DNA of 64,000 nt from an uncultured Eubacteriales bacterium (GCA_964400015.1 CAYNRR010000008.1:644-64643), one strand, 5' to 3'. Positions 55,001-63,249 are shown, counted from the stretch's first letter. Program-made: numbers and translations. The notes: generated from the sequence alone by a model not told the origin.

Positions 55001-58000
55001 GCATTTGGATCAAAAGTTAAAACTTTAAATCTAAGCACTATCAAATTTAACAGTTGGGATGTATCAAATGTAACAGATATGAGCAGTATGTTTTATAGTA
55101 CAGGTTACAATTCTACAAGTTTCACATTAGACATAAGCGGATGGGACACATCAAATGTAACAAATATGACCATGATGTTTGATGAAACTGCGTATAGTGC
55201 AACAACAATAAACATTACTGGTTTAAATACATTAAACACATCAAAAGTAACTTCGATGACGGCTATGTTTAATAAATTCGGATACAAAATAAAATCTCTA
55301 ACCATAGGAGATTTAAGTGGTTGGGATGTATCAAATGTAACAAGTATGTATAATATGTTTGCATCTGCAGGATATACAGCAACAACATTTAAAATAGTAG
55401 GATTAGATAACTGGGACGTATCAAAAGTTGAGACTATGGCTGGAATGCTCCAAACTGCAGGCTATAGTGCAACAACATGGAATATAGGAAACTTAAGTAA
55501 TTGGAATGTATCAAAAGTTACTAAATTTGGTGATTTATTAAATGATTTAGTAATTGATGGAGACACAATAACTTATACAGGTACAGGAATGTTTGCATTT
55601 GCAGGATACAATGCCACGGCATGGGATGTAGGCGATTTAAGTAGCTGGGATGTATCAAATGCAGACGATATGGCAGGAATGTTCTGTAGTGCAGCTAATA
55701 AAGCTACAACATTTAACATAGGAGATATTGGAGGATGGAATACAGCAAAAGTCACAGATATGAGAGCAATGTTCGCAACAGCAGGAAAAAATGCAACAAC
55801 ATGGAATATAGGTGATTTAGGAGCATGGAAAACATCAAACGTAACAAACCTTTCACACATGTTCTGGGGTTGTGATAAGATAAAAGAACTAAACCTAAGT
55901 GGATGGGATACAAGTAGAGTAACAGCAATGTCAAACATATTTGCTGGTTGCTATAACTTACAAGAAGTTTCATTAGGCAAAAACTTCAAATTCGTTGGAA
56001 CAGATGGCTATTTACCAGTGCCAAGTAATACATATATTACAGACGCAAACGGCTTATGGTATAACAAAGCAACAGGAATAGGTTATGCACCATCTGCTAT
56101 ACCAAACAACACAGCAGCAACATATACAGCAGTTGCGCCAAAAGTAATAAGAGCAATCTATTGCGAATCAGACGGTTCGTTAACATTCATAAATCAATCA
56201 ACACTATATTCAGTAGGCGATACATATGATGGAAAAACAATAACAGCAATATATACAGGATTTGAAAATGTTGAATACGCATGGAACAAAAATCCGGTTT
56301 GGTATGCTAATAGAGAAAACATAAAGAGTGTTGTAGTAAAAGACACAATAACACCAATAAGTACAGCATATTGGTTCTATGAATTCAAAAATTGTAGTAC
56401 ATTTGATGTAACAAATTTAGATGTATCAAATACAACAACAATGTCAAGAATGTTCTGGGATGCAGCTGTAAATTGTACATCATATACTATAACAGGAATG
56501 AATAATTGGGATGTAAGTAATGTAACGAACATGAGTCATTTATTTGGCTACACACCAACTTATGTAGACGGAGGTCCACAATGGACAAAATTCAGTTTTG
56601 GTAGTTTAAGCAAATGGAACACAAGCAAAGTAACAGATATGTCAAATATGTTTTTTACTTTTGGAAGTAAACTTACAACTTTCGATTTAAGTTCTATTGG
56701 AATTAACAGTTGGGATGTATCAAATGTAACCGACATGAGTAGTATGTTTTATGAAGCAGGATATTATTCTACAACATTTAAACTAGATATAAGCAACTGG
56801 AAAACATCAAGTGTTACAGACATGAGTATGATGTTTTTTGGTGCAGCGTATAGTGCAACAAGCATGACTCTAAAAGGAATAAATACATTAGATACATCAA
56901 AAGTAACTTCAATGTCCACGATGTTTGCTGATTTTGGATACAGCATCAAATCTTGGACTATAGGAAATTTAAGTAATTGGGATGTGTCAAATGTAACAAG
57001 TATGTACAGAATGTTTGATAATGCAGGACATACTGCAACAACATTTAAATTAGAAGGATTAAATAATTGGAATGTATCAAATGTAGTAACTATGTATAAG
57101 ATGTTTTATGATACAGGACTTAATGCTACAACGTGGAGTATAGGAGATTTAACAAACTGGAACGTATCGAATGTAACAGATATGGAAGATATGTTTTATC
57201 TAGCAGGCGCTACTGCCAAAACATTTAACATAGGTAATTTAGATAATTGGAATGTATCAAAAGTAACAAATATGTCTGGAATGTTTCATGCTGCAGGTAC
57301 AAGTGCTACCACATGGAATATAGGTGACTTAAGTAATTGGGATGTATCAAAAGTAACTAACTTTGGTAAGTCTTGGAAAAGTCCAGTGATAGATGGAAAT
57401 AAAATAACTGTTTATGCAACTGGGATGTTTTTAAACGCTGGATACAAAGCAACCACATGGAATATAGGTGACTTAAGTAATTGGGATGTATCGAGTGCAG
57501 AAAGCATGTCATCAATGTTCTTTGGAGCAGGTTATAGTGCGACAACATTCAATATAGGAGACATTGGAGGATGGAATACATCTAAAGTAACAGATATGAG
57601 CACTATGTTTGCAGTTGCAGGTGAAAATGCTACCACATGGAATATAGGCGATTTAGGAGCGTGGAGAACATCAAATGTAACAAACCTTTCAAGTATGTTT
57701 TGGGGTTGTAATGAAATAAAAGAACTAAATTTAAGTGGATGGGACACAAGTAGTGTAACAACAATGTCAAACATGTTTGATGGTTGCGTAAAACTAGAAG
57801 AAGTTTCATTAGGCAAAAACTTCAAATTTGTAGGAACAGACGGCTACTTGCCAGAACAAAGTAGTACATATATTACAGGAGCAAATGGCTTCTGGTATAA
57901 CAAATCAACAAAAGTAGGATATGCACCAGCATACATACCAAACAACACAGCAGCAACATACGTAGCATATCCACCAAAAACAGCACAAGCAATCTACTGT

Positions 58001-59629
58001 GCATCAGACGGATCACTAACATTTATAAATCAATCAACATTGTACGCAGCAGGAAGTACATACAATGGAAAGACAGTAACAGCAGTGTATACAGGATTTG
58101 ATACTGATATATATTGGTCATATAGTCAACTTCCTTGGTATGATTATGTAGAAGCTATAAAAAGTGTAGTAGTAAGTGATGAAATAAAACCAATATCTAC
58201 TGCACGTTGGTTCCAAGGTATGGAAAATTGCAAAAAGTTCGATTTAACTAAACTTAATACATCACAAGTAAAATATATGCATTATATGTTCAAATATGCT
58301 GCATATCAGCCAACAAGCATTACATTAACTGGTTTAGATAGTTGGGATACTTCAAATGTTACTATGATGTATAGTATGTTTGAGTACTTTGGAAATAAAG
58401 TAAAAACATTAAATTTAGATTTAAGTAATTGGGACACATCAAAGATTACAGATATGGAGCGAATGTTTGACGGAACTGGAGCTAGTTCTACCACTTTGAC
58501 AATTACTCTTAGTAATTGGGATACATCAAATGTAAAATATATGAAAGAGATGTTTAGCTGTGCGGGTTGCAATGCGACGACAGTAAAAATTCTTGGGCTT
58601 ACTAATTGGGATGTATCAAATGTTGAAGAAATGAAATGGATGTTTAAACAAACTGGTGAAAGTGCCACAACATTCAAAATAGAAAGTCTTACTAATTGGA
58701 AAACATCAAAAGTTGTGGATATGGAAAATATGTTAGGCGATGCGGGTATGTCGGCAACAACATGGAGTATAGGAGATTTAAGTAATTGGGATGTATCAAA
58801 TGTTGAAAATATGCATTGGTTGTTTTCTTTTGCAGGAAGAAGTTGTACAAGTTGGAGCATAGGAGACTTAAGTAATTGGGATGTATCAAATGTAACTAAT
58901 ATGAGTCGAATGTTCCAATACGCAGGTGAAAGTGCTAAATCATGGAGCATAGGAGACTTAAGTGATTGGGATGTATCAAATGTAGAAAACATGGATGGTA
59001 TGTTTGAATACGCTGGATATTCATCAACTACATTTAAATTGGTAGGTTTAGATAGTTGGGATGTATCAAATGTAACAGATATGTCTAGTATGTTTGATAG
59101 TACAGGATATAAAGCTACAACATGGAGTATAGGCAATTTAAGTAATTGGGACGTATCGAATGTAACAGATATGAGTGGTATGTTTAGTCACGCTGGTTAT
59201 ACAACAACAAACTGGAGTATAGGAGATTTAAGTAACTGGAATGTATCAAATGTAATAAGCTTTGGATATGCATGGGATGAGCCAGAAGTTAGTGGAAGCA
59301 CAATATCATTCTATGGTGTAGGAATGTTCTTAAATGCGGGAGCTAAAGGCAAAACATTTAATATAGGCGACTTAAGTGGCTGGAACGTATCAAAAGCCGA
59401 AGAAATGGCAGGAATGTTCTTTGGAGCAGGAAGTAGTGCAACAACATTTAAGATAGGAAACATCAGTAGTTGGAACACATCAAAAGTAACAGACATGCGA
59501 GCAATGTTTGCATGCACCGGAACAAAAGCATCATACAAATTAAACTTATCCGGCTGGAATGTAAGCAACGTTGAATATTCAACATACTTCAATTGGGGTT
59601 CAACCTCAAAAGTCACCTCCCCATTCTAG
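46058..59629 (+). CDS. Giant (4523 aa) repeat-rich cell-surface protein, paralog B. Prepilin-like N-terminus, conserved N-domain, Listeria-Bacteroides (Flg_new) repeats, MBG/Ig-like repeats, 5x Cys-rich repeats, and six BspA/DUF285-type super-repeats.
   Basis: One ORF with an AAGGAGGT SD. Flg_new repeats (DGYTFLGWNENPSATIATYKPG...FFAVW). MBG-like (GTATITIEGKGNYEGT). 26-aa repeats (NWDVSNVTDMSSMFxxAG). The minus-strand ORFs listed inside are antisense artefacts. Confidence 0.9.
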   Translation: MRKQKGISMVSLVITIVVLFILLGIGFSYSNNSIKQAGRGVFVRELSLVQQAANEKKLDNQIEGSSEEIKFKGFYKTKIKNPPVSFASFSEDEIYGYVIDLEYVHTEDADRGHDYKRFAKDIENNVVEFGKDDVYVCDKDGNVFYAKGYQTDEGTYYSKNEIEGLGPEFVSIDKIISSDAKSAIIRVVVKKSNSGDLSLKVDDEDATKIGTSDDGTMDTFEKEVFENKTYKLTAAEEKDGTIGKTTSSVEVTELDVITYVMKYDANGGTDAPASHLKTENIIARLSTQIPNRDGYTFLGWNENPSATIATYKPGGEYVFDRDITFFAVWKEGKVRTYNVTYNANGGTNGPLSQENLSGDYTISNITPTRDGYGFLGWNEDSRATTATYNPGDTITLTKNLALYAIWAKGTYTVTLSTNPEGAGTVTGSTAKVDGVETYISTIANPGYIFKNWTVKSGSINLKNSASTTTSFIMPKENVEIVANYEVGDLTVKYNANKGKGAPSEESAKYGDTIIISPKIPTRAGYDFVGWSLKQTATEGTYFAGQTYTVKENVTFYAIWKENIPTYTLTFNLNGGYGNKAGEIGKFASITKVKGGKITIPVGGADEPYRKDYVFKGWALNPDSKEVVLNPGDIYSKDADIEIYAVWKDETPPTLVLTPKQEEGSSEVKIIATAHDEGSLAGYAWTKTNVEPTIWETEEIKGTDLTVEKTIKEKGEHYFWVKDTAGNVVSESIKAYEIKYDANGGTNAPETQYQLENVDLRLSTQKPKLEQYTFLGWSTSAAPGNTESDVNFKSGAILNINSDITLKAVWGEAGFKLSTKNVTTQIDGPSVTVTVTKSSYTGNITVSSADTEKATATIKDNTITITPGTKIGDVEITVTEDAEGTTEKILVIVNRGIRKITLDKTETEFTYGDSSEKIGFTYNGKSTTLSTQTSNSEVATATATDKTLTIKPKNTGTATITLVLAQDDQYLEQTAKVEVTITKRKIIVTPDANQNKEYDGTALTPTITYTYTGNKGSETPKFTGELAREIGSEIGEYVITIGTLALADNGDFKASNYTLELSTTKIYFTITAKKIAVPSAITPQEYDGTTKYGVAEGEYYIRGGEYQKINAGKYTATVTLKDIKNYVWEDTNTTTAKNIKWEITRYNLSNADITVETIPNKEYTGTEITPIPVVKKGETTLENGNDYTLTYKNNVNVGTATITIEGKGNYEGTLTTTFEITSATMQVDASGYTGMYDNANHSIKVTPIWPTAGYTIYYSTIELTQANYKTDGTTTNPTYKDVGTTTVYYYIVASNFKDYTGNETIKITSKDISGNLTISGIVDKTYTGSQITQTITVKDNDQNRNLEEGKEYTVTYKDNIKVGTATITIEGKGNYAGTITKTFKILGDTITIAKDTEAVVEKLEITITRTLTPGKLQYKINNGEWKDYRGPFEITEDCTIYARSIDGENILGTNELQITNICEHEYTEVTCTEDSVCKYCGKLNKEKLGHDFTSKTPTVAYQCTATTCTEKATYYYKCTRCTEKGTETYEYGEALGHDFTSKTATATYLCTPATCTEKATYYYKCTRCAAKGTETYEYGEPDGHDFTSKTQTQEYWKSDATCTVATTYYYKCTKCEAKGTATYTVGSPLGHDFTEKIINDTYICTTATCTKPATYYYKCSRCNEKSTETYEYGEPLGHSYGEYVEKQAATCVTEGIEEATCIRCGTTTTRTTATNPENHEGTIQEIEITAATCTTTGRKKYVCSACNGIIRYETIAALGHDWDAEEPPRECRRCGLREEYVAQAIYCESDGSLTFIKSLTEYQAGDTYDGKIVTVVYKGFETEEYSSGTAVPWYENREKITSVRVTDSIEPISTAYWFKNFENCGSFDLGKLITDNVIDMKYMFSRAGYNAERVEIAGPRSWDTSKVTDMSFMFEYTACTSEIFTLDYLDNLDVSSVTNMQGMFNTTAISTTTWSIGNLSNWNVSNVIDMSSMFACAGYYSTVWSVGDLSDWNVSNVINMSGMFDCAGYNTKLFKIGDIGKWDVLNVTNMSNMFHCAGHNASELWSIGDLSNWDVSNVTNMKELFMAAGFLATNWDIGDLSNWDVSSVTNMDSMFTYIGGKSRDLDIGKLNNWNVSNVTNMHGMFCYAGSEKALTFDIGNLDAWNVSNVTDMSLMFAGAGNSAQKWNIGDLGAWNTSKVADMRQMFYVCRNLKELNLSGWDTSNVTTMEEMFYGCYKLEEISLGKNFKFVGTNGYLPAPSSTHITGANGLWYNKATGIGYAPEDIPNNTAATYTAFPPKTAQAIYCESDGSLTFIKDTPYTVGGTYNGKTITAVYTGFETEEYFTDTDIPWYENRNNITSVVFKDKITPLRTAYWFYKFENCANFDVTNLDTSNVSSMTYMFGLAGFESSSTTFKIIGMDSWNTSNVQSMYRMFRYAGTKAITFDIGDLSNWDTSLVHDMSGMFYSTADRATTFDIGDIGKWDVSNVWEMDSMFNNTAGECQTFNIGDLSNWNVSKVTTMSNMFSNIGGFYCTTFDIGDIGKWNVSSVTDMSYMFYSVICNKGTTFNIGDLSNWNVSNVTDMSYMFAVCANNKASKFNIGDLSNWDVSNVTNMAGMFSYLGASATTLSIGDLSNWKVSNVTNMHGMFESAGQNAATFNIGNIGKWDVSKVTDMYGMFDSTANSATTFNIGDLSNWNVSNVTDMGRMFTAVAENVTELNIGDLGSWNTSKVTNMSEMFRGCTKLKTLNLSGWDTSNVTKMSNMFYHCYNLQEVTLGKKFSFVGTDGYLPVPSGTYITDATGLWYNKATKVGYAPEDIPNKTAATYVAYPVKTAQAIYCSSDNSLTFVNSTTLYSVGGKYSNKTITAVYTGFEDEEYSWNNNVPWYNYRESIKSVTVKDTITPKSTAYWFEEFKNCSTFTVTNLDVSKVKNMTSMFSNAGLKSTSYKITGMNNWDVSNVTDMSYMFAYSQSWSADGGPQWTSFNIGDLSKWNTSKVTDMSNMFTAFGSKVKTLNLSTIKFNSWDVSNVTDMSSMFYSTGYNSTSFTLDISGWDTSNVTNMTMMFDETAYSATTINITGLNTLNTSKVTSMTAMFNKFGYKIKSLTIGDLSGWDVSNVTSMYNMFASAGYTATTFKIVGLDNWDVSKVETMAGMLQTAGYSATTWNIGNLSNWNVSKVTKFGDLLNDLVIDGDTITYTGTGMFAFAGYNATAWDVGDLSSWDVSNADDMAGMFCSAANKATTFNIGDIGGWNTAKVTDMRAMFATAGKNATTWNIGDLGAWKTSNVTNLSHMFWGCDKIKELNLSGWDTSRVTAMSNIFAGCYNLQEVSLGKNFKFVGTDGYLPVPSNTYITDANGLWYNKATGIGYAPSAIPNNTAATYTAVAPKVIRAIYCESDGSLTFINQSTLYSVGDTYDGKTITAIYTGFENVEYAWNKNPVWYANRENIKSVVVKDTITPISTAYWFYEFKNCSTFDVTNLDVSNTTTMSRMFWDAAVNCTSYTITGMNNWDVSNVTNMSHLFGYTPTYVDGGPQWTKFSFGSLSKWNTSKVTDMSNMFFTFGSKLTTFDLSSIGINSWDVSNVTDMSSMFYEAGYYSTTFKLDISNWKTSSVTDMSMMFFGAAYSATSMTLKGINTLDTSKVTSMSTMFADFGYSIKSWTIGNLSNWDVSNVTSMYRMFDNAGHTATTFKLEGLNNWNVSNVVTMYKMFYDTGLNATTWSIGDLTNWNVSNVTDMEDMFYLAGATAKTFNIGNLDNWNVSKVTNMSGMFHAAGTSATTWNIGDLSNWDVSKVTNFGKSWKSPVIDGNKITVYATGMFLNAGYKATTWNIGDLSNWDVSSAESMSSMFFGAGYSATTFNIGDIGGWNTSKVTDMSTMFAVAGENATTWNIGDLGAWRTSNVTNLSSMFWGCNEIKELNLSGWDTSSVTTMSNMFDGCVKLEEVSLGKNFKFVGTDGYLPEQSSTYITGANGFWYNKSTKVGYAPAYIPNNTAATYVAYPPKTAQAIYCASDGSLTFINQSTLYAAGSTYNGKTVTAVYTGFDTDIYWSYSQLPWYDYVEAIKSVVVSDEIKPISTARWFQGMENCKKFDLTKLNTSQVKYMHYMFKYAAYQPTSITLTGLDSWDTSNVTMMYSMFEYFGNKVKTLNLDLSNWDTSKITDMERMFDGTGASSTTLTITLSNWDTSNVKYMKEMFSCAGCNATTVKILGLTNWDVSNVEEMKWMFKQTGESATTFKIESLTNWKTSKVVDMENMLGDAGMSATTWSIGDLSNWDVSNVENMHWLFSFAGRSCTSWSIGDLSNWDVSNVTNMSRMFQYAGESAKSWSIGDLSDWDVSNVENMDGMFEYAGYSSTTFKLVGLDSWDVSNVTDMSSMFDSTGYKATTWSIGNLSNWDVSNVTDMSGMFSHAGYTTTNWSIGDLSNWNVSNVISFGYAWDEPEVSGSTISFYGVGMFLNAGAKGKTFNIGDLSGWNVSKAEEMAGMFFGAGSSATTFKIGNISSWNTSKVTDMRAMFACTGTKASYKLNLSGWNVSNVEYSTYFNWGSTSKVTSPF
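50438..51390 (+). repeat. Tandem Cys-rich module inside the giant gene: five copies of an about 46-aa repeat (LGHDFTSKT..Y.CT.ATCTEKATYYYKCTRC..KGTETYEYGE), then CxxC/zinc-ribbon-like units.
   Basis: Read directly from the translation. A paralogous module lies in gene A at about 5350-6180 (minus strand). Confidence 0.8.
51398..59629 (+). repeat. Six super-repeats of about 1.5-1.8 kb (about 500-600 aa each). Each runs AQAIYCESDGSLTF...PWYENR...STAYWF..F.NC, then tandem 26-aa DUF285/BspA repeats, then LNLSGWDTSNVT...LGKNFKFVGTDGYLP...GLWYNKAT.GYAP..IPN.TAATY.
   Basis: Module starts near 51398, 52896, 54489, 56150 and 57984, with high DNA identity at the boundaries. Confidence 0.85.
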
Positions 59630-60147
59630 AGGGACGTCCGTTAAATGTGTCACCAATCTTTTAAATGCTTGCAGTGAAAGAAAAAGGCGAAAAATAAATA
59701 GCAAAAAAGTGAGACACTTTAGCAGTGAGAAAAAGTTATTTGTAACGAGAAAAATTATTTTAATTGACAAGTATCAAAAAACAATTTAATATAAAGTCGG
59801 TTGAAGAAAATGTACTGAATAAAAAATGGACAGTATAAAAACTTTAGCCGACTTTATTTTTATACGAAAATTGCATAATAAAGTTTCAACCACAAAACGC
59901 AATAAACTAATTTTCGTATAAAACCAATTCTAATTCGCAAAATTCTTTGCGAAAATTTCCAAATTTTAAAATTCAAATATAAAAAGGACTGATGCCTATG
60001 CACACGTAAGGCTTTTTGCGTATAATTCAATATTAGAACGTAGTATAAATGGTGGCAAAATTAAATTATTTCACTATTATACTGCTTTATTTTCATACTC
60101 AAAATTTGCAAAATCCCCCACAAAAACCATTTAAGAAAGGAACACAC

Positions 60148-61062
60148 ATGATACTAAAAGAAGAAATATTAAGCAAGATCACGCCTAAAAATGACGTTAT
60201 CTTTAAAAAGATTTTCGGAGCGAGAGGAAACGAAGGAATCTTAAAAAGCTTCCTTGAAAGCATATTAGACATAGAAATTGAATCACTAGTAGTAGACTTA
60301 GGGACCGAACTATTGCCAGACTTCTACGACGGCAAACTCTCAAGACTAGATGTAAGAGCAACTTTAAATGACGGCACAATTGTAAACATTGAAGTGCAAA
60401 CAAATATGCATGACTACACTGATAAAAGAAGTCTAGCATATTGGAGCAAAGTTTATTTGGAACAATTCAAGCAAGGACAAAACTATAAGAATGCCAATAA
60501 AACAATTTGCATATGGATACTAGACGGGCAAGTATACGACTTTCCGGAATACCATTCAAAATGGAAAGTTGCTGAAGTAACAAACGGCCAAACAAAATAC
60601 TTTGATGACTTTGAAATACACGTAATAGAGTTGCAAAAATTCAGGAAACTAGATATAATTGAACCGAAGAAAAAAGAATTTTGGCTATGGTTCATCGACC
60701 ATACCAAAAAGGAGATGGTCGAGATGTCAAGTTATACACTAGAAGAAATAAAGAAAGCCAAAGCAGAATACGAAAAAATGATAGCCGAAGAACCAGAACT
60801 ACAACATTTCCTAATGCGTGAAGAATTCGCAGCAATGGATAGAGCACAAGAACTAAGCGATGCAAGAGAGAAAGGTATAAAAGAAGGCAAAGAGGAAGGT
60901 TTAAAAGAAGGACTAGAAGCTGGCAAAAAAGAAGGCTTGCAAGTTGGCAAAAAAGAAGAAAAACTAGAAACAGCTAAGAAAATGCTGGAAAAAGGTATTG
61001 ACATAAAAACAATCGCAGAGATAACAGGCCTTACCGAAGAAGAGATTAGGGACGTCCGTTAA
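60148..61062 (+). CDS. Rpn-family recombination-promoting nuclease/putative transposase (PDDEXK_7, YhgA-like), copy 1.
   Basis: NDVIFKKIFG, RLDVRA...VNIEVQ (PD-(D/E)xK core), C-terminal EKG/KEG low-complexity region. Start aligned to copy 2 (GAAAGGAACACAC ATG); the table's 60049 start is an extension. Confidence 0.75.
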   Translation: MILKEEILSKITPKNDVIFKKIFGARGNEGILKSFLESILDIEIESLVVDLGTELLPDFYDGKLSRLDVRATLNDGTIVNIEVQTNMHDYTDKRSLAYWSKVYLEQFKQGQNYKNANKTICIWILDGQVYDFPEYHSKWKVAEVTNGQTKYFDDFEIHVIELQKFRKLDIIEPKKKEFWLWFIDHTKKEMVEMSSYTLEEIKKAKAEYEKMIAEEPELQHFLMREEFAAMDRAQELSDAREKGIKEGKEEGLKEGLEAGKKEGLQVGKKEEKLETAKKMLEKGIDIKTIAEITGLTEEEIRDVR

Positions 61063-61469
61063 ATGTGTCACGAATCTTTCTAATGCTTGCAATGAAAGAA
61101 AAAGATGAAAAATAAACTGCGAAAAAGTGAGACACTTTAGCAATTAGAAAAATTATTTTAATTGACAAGTATCAAAAAACAATTTAATATAAAGTCGGTT
61201 GAAGAAAATGTACTGAATAAAAAATGGACAGTATAAAAACTTTAGCCGACTTTATTTTTTATACGAAAATTGCGTACCAAAGTTTAACCACAAAATGCAC
61301 AAAATTTTTTCGTATAAACCTAATTCTAATTCGCAAAATCCTTTGCGAAGATTTTCCTAATTTTAAAATTTAAAAATAAAAAGGACTGATGCCTATGCAC
61401 ACGTAAGGCTTTATTTTCATACTCAAAATTCGCAAAATCCCCAAAAAACTATTTAAGAAAGGAAAACAC

Positions 61470-62348
61470 ATGACATTAAAAGAGGAAATATTAAGCAAGA
61501 TCACACCTAAAAATGACGTTATATTCAAGAAAATATTCGGAGCGAGAGGAAATGAAGGAATCTTAAAAAGCTTCCTTGAAAGCATACTAGATATTGAAAT
61601 CGAATCGCTAGTAGTAGACTTAGGGACCGAACTATTGCCAGACTTCTACGACGGTAAACTCTCAAGATTAGATGTAAGAGCAACTTTAAACAATGGCACA
61701 ATTGTAAACATCGAAGTGCAAACAAATATGCACGACTATACCGATAAAAGAAGCTTAGCATACTGGAGCAAAGTCTACTTAGAACAATTCAAACAAGGAC
61801 AAAACTACAAGAATGCCAATAAAACAATTTGCATATGGATACTAGACGGACAAGTATACGACTTTCCGGAATACCATTCAAAATGGAAAGTTGCTGAAGT
61901 AACAAACGGCCAAACAAAATACTTTGATGACTTTGAAATACACGTAATAGAGTTGCAAAAATTCAGGAAACTAGATATAATTGAGCCAAAGAAAAAAGAA
62001 TTTTGGCTATGGTTTATCGACCATACCAAAAAGGAGATGGTCGAGATGTCAAGTTACACACTAGAAGAAATAAAGAAAGCCAAGGCAGAATATGAAAAAA
62101 TGATAGCCGAAGAACCAGAACTACAACACTTCCTAATGCGTGAAGAATTCGCAGCAATGGACAGAGCACAAGAACTAAGCGATGCAAGAGAGAAAGGACT
62201 AGAGGAAGGTAAAAAAGAAGGAATAGCAACTGGCAGAAAAGAAGAAAAACTAGAAACAGCCAAGAAAATGCTAGAAAAAGGCATCGACATAAAAACAATC
62301 TCAGAAGTAACAGGTCTTACCGAAGAAGAGATTAGGGACGTCCGTTAA
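61470..62348 (+). CDS. Rpn-family recombination-promoting nuclease/putative transposase, copy 2 (about 95% identical to copy 1, with a shorter EKG tract).
   Basis: Same motifs. Antisense ORFs at 61525-62298 are artefacts. Confidence 0.75.
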   Translation: MTLKEEILSKITPKNDVIFKKIFGARGNEGILKSFLESILDIEIESLVVDLGTELLPDFYDGKLSRLDVRATLNNGTIVNIEVQTNMHDYTDKRSLAYWSKVYLEQFKQGQNYKNANKTICIWILDGQVYDFPEYHSKWKVAEVTNGQTKYFDDFEIHVIELQKFRKLDIIEPKKKEFWLWFIDHTKKEMVEMSSYTLEEIKKAKAEYEKMIAEEPELQHFLMREEFAAMDRAQELSDAREKGLEEGKKEGIATGRKEEKLETAKKMLEKGIDIKTISEVTGLTEEEIRDVR

Positions 62349-62520
62349 ATGTATCGTGAACATTGCAAACGCTTGCAGCAGAAGGAATAGAAAAAGCAGA
62401 AAATAAATCAAATCACACAAATGAAAAAGCCAGAAGAAATAAAAAATCGAAAAACAATTAAATCACACAAATACATAAACCTCTTTTTATTTCATATATT
62501 GAAATAAGGGAGGTTTCTTT

Positions 62521-63249
62521 ATGCTTATAATTACTAAAAAAGACATATTGTTTTATTTGCTTACATTGTTGTGCTTTTTCTTTGTGTTAACCATGCCACT
62601 TAATTTAAAAGAAAACCAAAAAAGCCAAACTATATCCCAAAATATTCAAAATCAAAAAGAAATAAAAATTGTAATTGACGCAGGACATGGAGAACCAGAT
62701 GGCGGAGCAGTTTCTGCAAGTGGAATAAAAGAAAGTGAATTGAATTTGCAGATCGCTCAAAAATTAAAAAACAAATTGGAAGAAATAGAAAACGTAAAAG
62801 TTATCATGACGAGAGAAGACGAAAATAATATTGCATCAAATTCAAATGAGCAAATGACGATAAAACAATTGAAAACAAATGATTTAAACAATCGAGTAAA
62901 GATTGCAAACGAAAGTGGAGCAGTAATAATGGTTTCGATACATATGAACAAATTTGAAAATCCTAAATATAGAGGTTGGCAAACTTTTTATTCAAAAACT
63001 TCTGAAGAAGGCAAAAAACTAGCCGAAGAAATTCAATCTTCAATAGGTGAAAGTATAAACATAGAAAACAATCGAACAGCTTTAAAAATTGAAGGAATAA
63101 AAATAATCGACAAAACTCAAATTCCAACAGTGATAGTCGAATGTGGATTTTTGTCAAATGTAGAAGAATGTCAATTATTGCAGGACGAAGAGTATCAGGA
63201 AAAAATGGCAGAAGGCATAAAAAATGGCATACAAAAGTATTTGTTTTGA
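62521..63249 (+). CDS. cwlD: N-acetylmuramoyl-L-alanine amidase (Amidase_3, CwlD-like), membrane-anchored.
   Basis: IVIDAGHGEPDGGAVSASG...ESGAVIMVSIHMN motifs. N-terminal TM. AAGGGAGGT SD. Confidence 0.75.
   Translation: MLIITKKDILFYLLTLLCFFFVLTMPLNLKENQKSQTISQNIQNQKEIKIVIDAGHGEPDGGAVSASGIKESELNLQIAQKLKNKLEEIENVKVIMTREDENNIASNSNEQMTIKQLKTNDLNNRVKIANESGAVIMVSIHMNKFENPKYRGWQTFYSKTSEEGKKLAEEIQSSIGESINIENNRTALKIEGIKIIDKTQIPTVIVECGFLSNVEECQLLQDEEYQEKMAEGIKNGIQKYLF

Larger units (their letters stand above)
59625..62356 (+). mobile_element. Tandem duplication of an about 1.3-1.4 kb unit: a structured leader with its own promoter, then an Rpn-family nuclease/putative transposase gene. The unit boundary is AGGGACGTCCGTTAAATGT(G)TC.
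   Basis: Boundary copies at 59626, 61048 and 62334. Leaders 59650-60147 and 61075-61469 are about 90% identical, with promoter TTGACA-17-TAATAT at 59764 and 61162. Confidence 0.7.

Noticed and set aside
60049-60147. N-terminal extension of Rpn copy 1 (MVAKLNYF...).
   Set aside because: Copy 2 starts at the aligned internal Met with the same SD (AAGAAAGGAA). The extension lies in the conserved noncoding leader.
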